NCBI RefSeq assembly: GCF_001194135.2
Contig: NC_068995.1
Coordinates: 10,924,383-10,988,382, forward strand
Length of the DNA stretch: 64,000 bases
Source: Octopus bimaculoides
Lineage: Eukaryota
Reading direction: 5' to 3'
Positions 1-12,231 of the stretch are shown piece by piece (within the stretch, counting starts at the first letter, position 1; every line of letters begins with the position of its first letter). The notes beneath the pieces were generated by a model that saw only the letters and a list, made by a program, of their open reading frames with translations, was not told the origin of the DNA and searched no databases. The translations under genes and the position numbers were made by a program.

Positions 1-500
1 TACATATACATATATATACATACATATACATACATACATACATACACATATATACATACATATATATATATATATATAGTCAAAGGTATAATGTATGTAC
101 AGATACATATAATACTTATATAATATGCATACATACATGCTTACAAATATCCTTACATATATATGCATAATACATATACATACATATATATTACTTATGT
201 AATATACATACGCACGCAAATTCAAACACTTACAGACACATGTATGTAAATGTATATGTGTGTGTGTGTGTATGTGTATATATATATATATATGTATGTA
301 TGTATGTCTGTATGTAAGTATGTATACTTATTTATTACTTATATAATATACACACACTTGCAAAGTCAAACACACATATATGTAAATATATATATATATC
401 TCTGTGTGTGTGTGTATGTATACATATATATTACTTATACAATATACATACAAACACAAACTCAAACACACACATGTATGTAAATATGTGTGTGTAAGTA
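1..500. repeat. Compound (TA)n/(TACA)n/(TG)n low-complexity tract
   Basis: Alternating purine-pyrimidine repeats; ORFs are YIYI/VCVC artefacts. Confidence 0.95.
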
Positions 501-967
501 TATAAACCAATTATTACCTCATGTAAACTTGTGTTGTATGTTATCAAAATATTATTAACCCAAATTAACTAAAGGTTGTCCTTTTAACTGTTTTCCATTA
601 TTTCTCCCCACCCACCACCACCACTGCTGCTGCTGCCACTAAACTCTTCTGTTATACAGACATACCAAAAAATATATACACTAATATTTTATATATCATT
701 TAGGTTCTTACATAAACAATGGGAAAGTCGAAAACTAAAAGAAAATGAGGTCTTATTTATTTTTTTTAATAATATCTTTTATCTTTTACTTGTTTTAGTT
801 TCTGCCAACCAAATCCACTCATAACGTTTTGGTCGGCCTAGAACAAACACTTGTATAAGACATTTTCCCAAGGTGTCACACACCTTGGCCAAATGTGCTA
901 TACTTATAGCAAGTATTTTGCTTAATCTAAGAAACTACATAGCCATGCCTACATACATACAGCGAAG

Positions 968-1225
968 ATGCATGGCTCAGTGGTTAGAGCATTGGATCAC
1001 AATCATGAGGTAGTGAGTTCGATTCCTGGACCAGGCTGTGTGTTGTGTTCTTGAGTAAGACACTTTATTTCACGTTGCTCCAGTTCGTTCTGCTGTAGAA
1101 ATGAGCTGTGACATCACTGGTGCAAAGCTGTATCAGTCTTTGCCTTTCCCTTGGATAATATCGGTGGCATAGAAAGGGGAGGCTGGTATGCATGGTTGAC
1201 TGCTGGTCTTCCATAAAACTACCTT
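968..1225 (+). mobile_element. tRNA-derived SINE, family C (Deu/Nin-like central domain)
   Basis: A box TGGCTCAGTGG, B box GTTCGATTCC, then tgttgtgttcttgagtaagacactttatttcacgttgctccag; homologous to the reverse copy at 7203-7538. Confidence 0.85.
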
Positions 1226-1568
1226 TATGTGTGTTGGAATTCATTCCTGATATAACAGCAAATAGTGAGCAATAAAATAGGTCTGTTTATTTATTGAAAC
1301 TTACAGAAGAAAATGGAAGAAAAAAAAATGCATATCTAATAAGAGGCTGCTCTAAAATGTCCAATGCTTTTTATCACAGTGTCAGTTTTGAACCCCCTAG
1401 TGTAGCTTGTGGGTGGGCAAGAGCAAGGATGCTTATATGAGCTGGCACTTTTTGGTCAGCTGTATAAGCCTGTATAGGCTTAAGGACCCATGAGAGAGGG
1501 AGGAGCCAACTCAAGGGTTAACCCAATTAACACAGATTTTAACTAAATCAGTTTGAACCCCTCTAGAA

Positions 1569-1628
<60 letters not shown>

Positions 1629-1844
1629 CGTTTATGGATTTGGTTTGCAAGATTCTTTATGTGAGTTTGTGTGTTGAAGCATATTCTGTTGTCTGTGAAA
1701 AGGTTGCAAGATGCAACGAAAATTTTAGGAAAATAAAAATAAGAAATCAGTGGAAATTTTACTGGTGAGTGTGTTAAATTATAAGGCACAAAAGAAAATG
1801 ACTCTCCCCAGACACAACGGTATATATATATATTTATAAATTCC

Positions 1845-2043
1845 AAAAAAAGAAGAACAAACATGAAAAAACAACAACGCGAGTACGTGGTACATGTAAT
1901 GTATTAGCAAGCAGTCAGGAAAAGAAAGAAAGATGGTTTAAGATTTCGAGCAAAGCTCTTCTTCAGAAATACAGGAAAGTCCAAAAGAATGGAAGACAGA
2001 GGAAGAAAATCACCAATGATTCACATGTGGTTACATTTTGAAA
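1845..2043 (-). mobile_element. Short repeat carrying a degenerate HHR core (Penelope-like pseudo-LTR type)
   Basis: Reverse complement aligns with 45264-45453; contains ttt-CTGAAGA-a-gagc-ttt-gctc-GAAA-tc-tt-aaa. Confidence 0.65.
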
Positions 2044-2094
2044 TATATATATATTTATATATACTTTATTTAAAAGCAGCAGAAATATAACAAA

Positions 2095-2140
2095 AAAACC
2101 GTTACTCTGAGTTTCACGTTCCCGTTCATCGGACAGTTTT
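2095..2140 (-). ncRNA. HHR-like motif, type I, CCGAUGA core variant
   Basis: aaaactgt-CCGATGA-acg-ggaa-cgt-GAAA-ctc-a-gag-TA-acggtttt; stems I, II (GNRA loop) and III all pair. Confidence 0.6.
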
Positions 2141-2143
2141 GTT

Positions 2144-2185
2144 AACTGTTCGATGAACGGGAACGTGAAACTCAGAGTAACGGTT
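2144..2185 (+). ncRNA. HHR-like motif, type I, UCGAUGA core variant
   Basis: aactgt-TCGATGA-acg-ggaa-cgt-GAAA-ctc-a-gag-TA-acggtt. Confidence 0.5.
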
Positions 2186-2829
2186 TTTTTGTTATATTTC
2201 TGCTGCTTTTAAATAAAGCATATTACTCTACCTCTGGTATTTGAGTACTCTTTTTTCCACCTTGTTGCACATTTCATGTGCTTACTCCGGTATATTTATA
2301 TATATATAGTTACTTATATAAATTTTCATTAAAGACTATTTGCCAACATAATGTGGCAGTCCTGGTTGGGATGAATGCTGGGAAATAACTTTTACTTCAA
2401 AGTATTGTTACTGAATATCTCTCTTTGAGAGATTTAGAAATAATGCTTCAATAAATTTTCATCTTTATCATTGATAGTATGTGAAAAATACAAAGAATTT
2501 CCTTTCTTACATCAAAAGGAATTAGGCAGATCTTGGAAAAATATATAAAATTGTTTATGATTAAGAAATGTTGTCAAATGAATGTACAACATACTTTAAG
2601 ACTCTTTTAGAATCTTGCAAATTTACTCACTCACTCACTCACTCTCTCCAATCTTGGTCTGTTTCACTATATACATATCCCTGTAACTTGTGTACATCCC
2701 CATCTTGGCATATCTTCACTATCTCTCTCTCTCTCCTTCTCTGCTGCAAGACATCTTTTCTTTCCTTCAAAACAATTTCCCTCTGTTGTGGGGTTTTGCC
2801 TTGCTGGTTACTTGGTGAACTCACTGATG

Positions 2830-3035
2830 TTGGTGCCACATAATAGAAAAAGCACCCAAGTACACCCTGTAAAGTGGTTGGCATTAGGAAAGGCATCCAG
2901 TTATAGAAACCATGCCAAAGCACAAAGCAGATCTTGATACTGTCTTTTGAGACTCACCAGTTCCCGTTGAACCAGCTAACCCATACCAGCACAAAAAACA
3001 GACATTAATTGATGACGACAACAACGACGATGATG
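2830..3035 (+). mobile_element. Family D retroposon 3' part (RTE-like tail)
   Basis: gtggttggcattaggaaaggcatccag...ccaacccat...gacatta + (GAT/GAC)n tail. Confidence 0.75.
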
Positions 3036-3526
3036 ACTAAGAATATACTCACAAATCCTTATATTGCTAGTTTCTAGAACATAACCATGTCTGTCCTTAC
3101 AGTTAATCTGTCAATATCTTTACAGAAATGGTCGGGCATAATTCCTGCTGTAACCAATTACGAATGGAATGATATATAAATGCCTTAACTACCATAATGT
3201 TTGTAATTTAACAGCTGGGTTAATGTAATTCTTTAGCTTTTCAGCACATTTTTGCTCAATGATTAGGGTAATTTTCTATAGTTATGTCAATTATTATTAG
3301 ATTATTATCGTTACTGCAGAAGTGTGCGACTGTTAAGCATACTTCCCAACTAAGTGGTCTTGGGTTCAGTCTCACTGTGTGGCCCCTTGGGCAAGTGTCT
3401 TCTACAACAGTTCTGACTTTACTTGATGGAAACTGAAAGAAACCTATTATGTGTGTATGTGTATGATACTCTGTGTGTGTGTGTGTGTATATGCATATGT
3501 ATGTATGATACTGTGTGTGTGTGTTT

Positions 3527-3770
3527 TGGAGGCATGTGGCTTAGTGGTTAGGGTGTTGGATTAATGATTGTAAGATTGTGGTTTCAATTCCTGGTCTGGG
3601 TGACATGTTGTGTTCTTGAGCAAAACGCTTCATTTCATGTTGCTCCAATGCACTCAGATGGCAAAAATGAGCAACCTCATGATGGACTGGTGTCCCATCC
3701 AGGTGGGGAATTTATACGCCATGGAAACTGGCTCTTATGAGTCAGCATGATTTGAGAAGGTAACCGTTAC
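3527..3770 (+). mobile_element. tRNA-derived SINE with Nin/Deu-like domain
   Basis: A box TGGCTTAGTGG, B box TTTCAATTCC, aacctcatgatggactggtgtcccatccagg motif; reverse relative at 28880-29135. Confidence 0.75.
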
Positions 3771-3804
3771 TTTACTTCTACTCTGTGTGTGTGTGTGGAA
3801 AATA

Positions 3805-3965
3805 GATATGTATGTATGGTACTATGTGTGTGTGTATGTATGGTACTCTATGTGTGTGTATGTATGGTACTGTGTGTGTGTGTGTGTGTGTGTGTGCATG
3901 GTACTGTGTGTGTGTGTATGGTACTGTGTGTGTGTGTGTGTATCTATGTCTGGTACTCTGTGTGT
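3805..3965. repeat. Minisatellite of GTATGGTAC(TG)n units
   Basis: About 6 units, each a gtatggtac anchor plus a variable TG run. Confidence 0.85.
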
Positions 3966-4029
3966 GCATGCGTGCATGTGTGTGTGTATGTGTTTATGCT
4001 TGTTCTATTGTTCTAACATCACATAATGA

Positions 4030-4350
4030 TTGCAAAAGGGCAGCACCATCAATCAGGGAATGTCTGGCCATGGGGAAATATTACCCTTGCTTGGGAACAG
4101 GTGAAGGTTTGTAACAGGAAGGGCACCCAGCCACAGAAAATCTGCCAACGTATTCTGTTTGACTGACACAAGCATGAAAATGTGGATTGTAAATGATGAC
4201 GACGATAACGATGATAACAATGATGATGATGATGATGACAACGATGACGATTATAACGATGATGATGATGATGATGATGACGACAATAATGATGAGGATG
4301 ATGATGATGATCACAATGATAATGATGATCATGATCATGATGACGATGAC
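4030..4350 (+). mobile_element. Family G retroposon 3' part with expanded (GAT/GAC)n tail
   Basis: tctggccatggggaaatattacccttgcttgggaacagg...aggaagggca; also at 9440-9630 and 45935-46165. Confidence 0.75.
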
Positions 4351-4984
4351 AATGGAGTAAAAAGTTATTATTATTATTAGCACTGTCACACTGCTGAAGA
4401 CTGGCTCTCCGGATTCAATTAATACCACATATTTATCAAATAGATTCTGGCTAGGTTAATTCCTAGTTCTATTCTAATCAAGCATTCTTAAATGGTGTTG
4501 TTGTTGTTGTTGTTGTAAAACCAAAGTCAGTTTAAATTTCTCTGCCATTGATATATTGAAGAATACAAGAATACAAGAATGGCAAGGAAGAGATGCTAAT
4601 TTTGCTTGTGGCCATTTAATGAACAAGAAGAAGTGCTGACCATCTTTCTGATAAGCTGGAGATAAATGTTGTTATCTGGTTTACGTCTGACCGCAGGTCA
4701 AGCACTGGTTAAGCAGATATAATGTCAAAAATCCTTCCAGTCTAGTAATGACCATCCTGCCTTTTTTCTTCCTGATATATAAAATAATGCTTGCGAGTAA
4801 CTTGGTGATCTCAGTGAGTAGAGCTGGTGCTATGTGGAAAAAAATAACACCTGGAACATTCTGTAAAGTGGTTGGCATTAGGAAGGACATCTGGCTGTAG
4901 AAACCAGGCCAATGCGGAATTGAGAACTTGGGGCTGTCCTCAGTTCCGGTTGAACTGTCCAACCCATGTCAGGATGGAGATCAG

Positions 4985-5165
4985 ATGCTAAATGATGATG
5001 ATAGTGATGGTGATGATGGTGGTGGTTGTGTTGGTGGTTGTGTTGGTAGTGGTGGTGGTTGTGTTGGTGGTGATGGTCGCTGTGGGGGTGTTATTGTTGG
5101 TGGTTGTGGTTGTAGTGGTGGTGGAGATGGTGGTGGTGTTGTTGTTGGTGGTGGTGGTGTGAATG
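4985..5165. repeat. Cryptic (GAT/GGT/GTT)n trinucleotide array following a family D tail
   Basis: Directly follows ccaacccatgtcaggatggagatcagatgctaaat. Confidence 0.9.
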
Positions 5166-5200
5166 CACCATGAACGATGCCATCCAATGCATCTTGTTTT

Positions 5201-5583
5201 ATCTTTTACTTGTGTCAGTCATTTGACTGCGGCCATGCTGGGGCACCACCTTGAAGGGTTTCTAGTCAAACAAATTCATCCCAGGATGTTTTATTTTAAG
5301 CCTTGTATTTAATCTATTGGTCTCCTTTGTCAAACTGCTAAGTTACGGGGATGTAAACACACCAGCACTGGTTGCCAAGTGGTGGTGGTGGTGGTGGTGT
5401 GAGAACAAGCACAGACACACACATACAACAAGCTTCTTTCAGTTTCCATCCGTTAAATCCATAGACAAGGCTTTGGTTGGCTTGTGGCTATAACAGAAAA
5501 CACTTGCTCAGGGTACCACGTAGTGGGACTGAACCCGGAACGATGCAGTTGGGAAGCAAGCTTCTTACCACACAGCCACGCCT
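5201..5583 (-). mobile_element. tRNA-derived SINE, family A (CORE-like segment, internal microsatellite)
   Basis: Reverse of gcgtggctgtgtggtaagaagcttgc...gggttcagtcccact...tgagcaagtgt...gtgccccagcatggccgcagtcaaatgac. Confidence 0.85.
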
Positions 5584-5894
5584 GCACACTCTGAAGACAA
5601 TAGTTTGGAGTGATTTCAGAGATATTTAGCTGCTATTACTAGCATGTTGAGTAACCATTTAGGAGTTTGCTCTTGTTGATATAAATAATTGTGGGTGCGG
5701 ACTTTGGGATAAGATAGGGATCAAAGTAGAAATGGTATGCGTGAGGTGGGTGGGGTGAAGATGTTGGGGATGATGTCGGGGTGGGGATGGTGGTGGTGGT
5801 GCTGCTGGGAAATACGTTCAGAAATCTAAATTCTGTTAACAGGCAATAAATGGGAACTAGATGATGTTTTTTTAAAACATTTTTACTCCTTCAA

Positions 5895-6610
5895 ATAAAG
5901 CGTGTGTAGGTGTGTGTGTATGTTGGGGTGTGTGTGAGTGTGCATGCTGGTGTGTGTGTGTGTGTGTCTGTATGTGCATGTGTGAGCACAGGCAGGTGTG
6001 TGTGTATGTGCCCATGTGTGCATGTGTGTGTGTATGTGCCCATGTGTGCATGTGTGTGTGTGAGTGCGCAGGTATGTGTGTATGTATGTGTGTATATGTA
6101 AGATATGAAAGTAAAAGTTGTGTCTATGAGGGTGTGGCATGGCTGTAGGCGTGTCAGATGGGTATCAAGAGTATGTGTGTGTGTGTGTGTGTATGTGTGC
6201 GTGTGTGTGTGTGTGTATGTGTGCGTGTGTGTGTATGTGTGCGTGTGTGCGTATGTCCCTGTGCGTGTATGTATGTGTGTGTGTGTGCGCATGTGTGAAT
6301 ATCAGATTTAAGAGTATCAAGTGAGTGTGTATATATATGTGAGTGTGTATATATATGTGTGTGTATATATTAAGTGTGGGTGTGTCTGATTATTATCAGT
6401 TATATCTGTACATGTTTGTGTGTGTGTGTGTGTGTGTGAATGTAGGCAGGTGTGTGAGAGAGAGTGTGTGATGTGAATGCTTCAGTTAAGTGTGTGTATG
6501 TATGTATGTGCATTAGTGTATGTAAGACGGATGTACATGTATGCGTGTTTGTGTGTGTGATGTGGTTTGTCAGTTAAGTGTGTGTGTGTGTGTGTGTGTG
6601 TGTGTCTTTG
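5895..6610. repeat. Long compound (TG)n tract
   Basis: TG-dominated low-complexity sequence. Confidence 0.95.
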
Positions 6611-6884
6611 TGTCTCTGTGTCAGCTGCATACTAGTGACTACAGAAAATTTGCAATGAGTAATTAAGCAAAGTGGGATGAAAAGGGGGTGGGGGCGTGGG
6701 GGTTTGAATGAGTTGAGTGAAGGAGAATGAGTGAAGGAGAATGAGTGAAGCAGCGAAGAATGAGTTGAATTAAGTAAAAGACAAATGACTCAAGCTTAGT
6801 CTGTTGAATGTAAAAATGGTAAGAGCTCTTAAAGGAGGAGGTGGACTGACAGAGTTGGTGAGACATTGAATAGATCATCATCAG

Positions 6885-7075
6885 CATTGCCATCAGCACT
6901 GTTGTCATCATCATCGTCACTGTCCCGGATGTCATCGTCATCATCATTATTATCATTGTTGTTGTCAACATCATCATCTTCATCACCATCATCAATATCG
7001 TCCCCATTGTCATCGCTAGCACCATCACCATCACCAGTAGCATCACAATTACCACCACCAGTATTATGTGGTACC
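6885..7075. repeat. Cryptic (CAT/CAC)n array
   Basis: Trinucleotide periodicity; similar arrays at 8420-8600 and 8765-8900. Confidence 0.9.
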
Positions 7076-7147
7076 AGTATTCATACCAATGCTTTTTATG
7101 TTGCACTTTGGCTGTGTGTATGTGTGCATATACATACATACATACAT

Positions 7148-7202
<55 letters not shown>

Positions 7203-7207
<5 letters not shown>

Positions 7208-7536
7208 TCTCCTTCGGTCACGACTGACCATGGGGTTGCACCTACAAAGTTACCTTCCGAAGCACAAGTCCGGGCTAGGTTGTTTATGGAAGACCAGCAG
7301 TCACCCATGCATATCAGCCTCCCCTCTCCATGCCACCAGTGTTATCCAAGGGAAAGGCAAAGGGGCCGATACAGCTTGGCACCTGTGACGTCGCAACTCA
7401 TTTCTGCAGCTGAGTGAACTGGATCAACGTGAAATAAAGTGTCTTGCTCAAGAACACAACACGCAGCCTGGTCCGGGATTCAAACTCATAACCTCGCGAT
7501 CATAAGCTCGACGCTCTAACCACTGAGCCAAGCACC

Positions 7537-7538
<2 letters not shown>
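7203..7538 (-). mobile_element. Near full-length family C SINE
   Basis: Reverse complement has the tggctcagtggttagag head and aligns with 968-1225; inserted within (AT)n. Confidence 0.9.
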
Positions 7539-7573
<35 letters not shown>

Positions 7574-7784
7574 AATATATGAGTATATGCATATATATAT
7601 ATATACATATATGTACATACCTTCATCTACATGTACATATAGATACATATCTGGGTACATGACGTTGCAAAAGAACATGGACAAAATGATAAACAAGGTA
7701 CAACAAACAAGCAGGCCACATAGAGAACATATAGTTCATCAGCTGCCACCATTAAAACACCGGCGTTTCTAAGAGTTAGGGCAG

Positions 7785-7828
<44 letters not shown>

Positions 7829-8310
7829 NNNNNNNNNNNNNNNNNNNNNNNNNNNNNNNNNNNNNNNNNNNNNNNNNNNNNNNNNNNNNNNNNNNNNNNN
7901 NNNNNNNNNNNNNNNNNNNNNNNNNNNNNNNNNNNNNNNNNNNNNNNNNNNNNNNNNNNNNNNNNNNNNNNNNNNNNNNNNNNNNNNNNNNNNNNNNNNN
8001 NNNNNNNNNNNNNNNNNNNNNNNNNNNNNNNNNNNNNNNNNNNNNNNNNNNNNNNNNNNNNNNNNNNNNNNNNNNNNNNNNNNNNNNNNNNNNNNNNNNN
8101 NNNNNNNNNNNNNNNNNNNNNNNNNNNNNNNNNNNNNNNNNNNNNNNNNNNNNNNNNNNNNNNNNNNNNNNNNNNNNNNNNNNNNNNNNNNNNNNNNNNN
8201 NNNNNNNNNNNNNNNNNNNNNNNNNNNNNNNNNNNNNNNNNNNNNNNNNNNNNNNNNNNNNNNNNNNNNNNNNNNNNNNNNNNNNNNNNNNNNNNNNNNN
8301 NNNNNNNNNN
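7829..8310. other. Assembly gap (others: 10266-10275, 10639-10764, 11707-11782, 13926-14419, 15859-15868, 20545-20941, 22208-22333, 24185-24475, 27178-27236, 37374-37515, 39395-39759, 41062-41160, 57482-57556)
   Basis: Runs of N, mostly flanked by microsatellites. Confidence 1.
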
Positions 8311-8341
<31 letters not shown>

Positions 8342-9012
8342 TATGTATAATTGTGTTTGTATGTGTGTGTGTATAAAGAGAGGTCTTATGAAATGTGGGA
8401 CATCTAAAAGTAGAATGACTTGATGGCGGCGATGGTCGTGGTGGTGATTGTCGTGGTGGTGATTGTCGGTGGAGGTTAGATACACGTGTTGGTCGTAACA
8501 GCAGTGATGGCAGTCGGCATGGCAGTGGTGACGGTAATGGTGATGGCAATAATGGTTGGAGATGGTGATAGTGGTGGTGGTGACGGTGGCAGAAGGTCAA
8601 GTAAACAAAGATGCCAGAGAATGTAATTAGGAAGAATCTCTTAGAAGTTTACGTCTTCACGCAGATCACATACCGCCATTGAAACGAATGGAGAAAATCT
8701 TTAGATTGCTGCTGATTTGTCTAACCCTGTTCCAGTATGGATGAACAGACATTAAAATGTCAATGACAATAACGAGCGAGAGTGACGATGAAGACGACGG
8801 TGGTGATGATGTTGATGATGATGATGATGATGATGGCGGCGGTGGTGGTGGTGGTGATGAGGGTGATGGCGGTTGTGATGGTAATGAAGAAGATAATAAC
8901 GATGCTTTACATGCATATGTCATCAGTTTTTCTAAACGAATCTGCATATATATACATATATTTGCATATATATATGTACGCCGAGGTGTACATGTCTAAT
9001 ATATATACAGGT

Positions 9013-9043
<31 letters not shown>

Positions 9044-9191
9044 TATATATATACACACACACAGGTATACACACATACACAGTTTATATATATACACACA
9101 CACACACACATTATATATATATACATATATATAATATATATACATTTAGATATATCTAGCTATATACATACATATATTTATCCATCTATCT

Positions 9192-9273
<82 letters not shown>

Positions 9274-10166
9274 TTATATATGTTTGTGTGAGTATATAGT
9301 CTGGCTTTGGTATATATGTGTTTTTGCTCTGCCTTCGGTAGTCAAGTTCTATTCAAAGAAACAAGTAAAAGACAAGCAATTAGAAAGATACATCTGTACG
9401 TAGCTGTAACTGCGTATACATGTATATGGTGATAGCCACATCTGTGTGTGTGTTTGTCTCTCTTTGTCCTGACGATGCATAAAAGTTATCAATGAGCATC
9501 ACCATTATGCAAGCCATGTCATTCGTTTCTGATCTTTCTTGAAAAGAATGCCAGGCAATGAGGAAATATTAGCTTACATAGAAACAAGTGAAGGTTAGCC
9601 ACAGAAAGAGTATCCAGCTGTAGAAAATCTACCTTGACTGCAACACACCTGTGCTTGTTGGTCTTTTATTACTTTAGCTTTAAACACCTGACATAAAGCT
9701 ACCCATCCTCTACCAAATACTGTTTCTTAGTGCTGGAAGCTTATCCACTTATCCATTTTTCCTTTTCTTTTATGTCTTGCATGTTTCATGGGGACCTCAC
9801 TGGTGCTGGTGCCATATAAAAAGCACCCAATGGACTCTGTAGAATGGTTGGCATTAGGAAGGACACCCAGTCATAGAAGCCATGCCAAAGATGACACTGG
9901 AGCCTCACATGTACCTTTCACTCCTTGCAGTCGTGGCTCCTACTGCAGCCATGCTGGGGCACCACCCTGAAGAATCTTTAGTTGAATGAATTGATCTCAG
10001 TGACACACACACACACACACACACATGACAGTCTTCTTTCAGTTTTTTTTCAACCATATCCACTCAAAGGGCTTTGGTCGGTCCAAGGCTATAGTAGAAG
10101 CACTTGCCCAAGGTATTATGCAGTATGCAGTGGGACTGAACTTGGAGACATGTATATATATATATA

Positions 10167-10598
10167 CTCTTTTACTTGTTTCAATCATTTGACTGTGGCC
10201 ATACTGGAGCACCACCTTTAGTTGAGCAAATCGACCCCAGGACTTATTCTTTGTAAGCCTAGTACNNNNNNNNNNAATCGACCCCAGGACTTATTCTTTG
10301 TAAGCCTAGTACTTATTCTATCAGTCATTTTTGCCGAACTGCTAAGTTACAGGGACGTAAACACACCAGCATCAGTTGTTGAGCGATGTTGGGGGGGACA
10401 AACACAGACACACACACACATACATATGTATGTACATGTATATGATGGGCTTCTTTCAGTTTCCGTCTATCAAATCCACTCACAAGGCTTTGGTCGGCCC
10501 GAGAGGCTATAGTAGAAGACACTTGCCCAAGGTGCCATGCAGTGGGACTAAACCCGCAATCATATGGTTTGTAAGCAAGCTATTTACCACACAGCCAC
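10167..10598 (-). mobile_element. Family A SINE, full length
   Basis: Tail, body, internal (CA)/(TA) cassette and tRNA head in reverse order. Confidence 0.9.
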
Positions 10599-11077
10599 AC
10601 ACACACACATACATATGTATGTACATGTATATGATGGGNNNNNNNNNNNNNNNNNNNNNNNNNNNNNNNNNNNNNNNNNNNNNNNNNNNNNNNNNNNNNN
10701 NNNNNNNNNNNNNNNNNNNNNNNNNNNNNNNNNNNNNNNNNNNNNNNNNNNNNNNNNNNNNNNNATATATTTATTATATCATACCTTGATACTGCGTGGA
10801 CTAAGTTCCCCATTAACAGGCCACTGGTATTTATAGAGTGTCAAACACTCTCGGTATGCAAATTAGGAACTCCTTCATAGAATAACTGCTGCATTTGTTG
10901 AATATATAAGCAGTTTGGCTGCATGCTTTTTTTTTCTGGAAACCATCAGAATGATGTGGATGCTTCTGACGAGAACCCAATAAGGTTTGAAAACTGATGA
11001 AGGTTATTCATCATTTTTTTTTTTTCAGTCTGCAGAGAAATGGCTAAAATTTGCCCTGTTTATAATCACACCATATG

Positions 11078-11112
<35 letters not shown>

Positions 11113-11366
11113 TATATATGTATGTATGTATAATGTGTATGTAAATGTAGTTTTACTGAGTGTATTTTTTCAACCCCTTTTTCCATTCCTCTATGTACAA
11201 TCAACCAAGTGTACCCCTCTACACCATTCATTTCCTACTTAAAGTAATGCGGCACAAAATATGTTAGCCCCTATTTACTATACGCATAATCAAACATACA
11301 TTGCCCACTTCACACTTTTAAACTAGGGACATGTTGAAAAGTCTGCAAAATAAACAAAAAACATAT

Positions 11367-11405
<39 letters not shown>

Positions 11406-11782
11406 ATGTATGTTACTGTGTGTGTATGTCTGCATGTATATGCCAATGTGTGTGTGTGTATGTGTGTGTTTGCATACGAATGCCTGTGTGTACACAGCAG
11501 GGTTTTATATGCATTTGATTCCTTGGCATCCTTTTGTCGCTGTAATCCAATTAATAGAGCTCCTCGTTAAATTTAGAGTTCCCCAAACAATGTGGACCAC
11601 TTGGCTTCGGCTAAAGTTTAATCAATGAAAACTGTTTGGAAACAAAGAACACTAAATGGATGTGTGCGTGTGCATGTGTGAGTATATGTGGAAAAAAAAA
11701 AAAAAANNNNNNNNNNNNNNNNNNNNNNNNNNNNNNNNNNNNNNNNNNNNNNNNNNNNNNNNNNNNNNNNNNNNNNNNNNNN

Positions 11783-11831
<49 letters not shown>

Positions 11832-12200
11832 CACACATCAATATATCAGCATTCATATGCACACATATACACAAGCAGATGTATATACATACACATACAT
11901 AACTCAATGTATATGTATTCATATACACACAAAACACATCTATACACATACATACACACACACATATCGTATATGTGTGTATGTACATACATATGCACAC
12001 GCACACAGATATGACACATATTATATGTACTTAGACATAACAGTATTTATTTGTATGTACATGTACATCCACACATGAATAAACATATACAGATGGGCAG
12101 GCACATACAAGCACATACATACGCTCACAAACACGTGTTTTCCATAGCAAAACAAAATAAAGACATAACAACGACCATAATAATAATAATAATAATAATG

Positions 12201-12231
<31 letters not shown>

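Larger units (their letters stand above)
2064..2218. repeat. Perfect 68-bp inverted repeat with 19-nt spacer
   Basis: 2064-2131 is the exact reverse complement of 2151-2218. Confidence 0.97.

Noticed and set aside
704-749. Exon-like FLHKQWESRKLKENE segment
   Set aside because: Donor (gtctta) is poor and the peptide is unrecognised
968-1040. tRNA gene-like A and B boxes (also 3535, 28455, 36455 and others)
   Set aside because: SINE heads with no complete cloverleaf, continuing into SINE bodies
4159-4380. Poly-Asp ORF suggesting an acidic biomineral protein
   Set aside because: It is the expanded (GAT)n tail of a family G retroposon
7735-7778. Reverse-strand GAAA...CTGATGA arrangement (possible type II HHR)
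   Set aside because: Stem I cannot form; only a small agctgcc/ggcagct hairpin is supported
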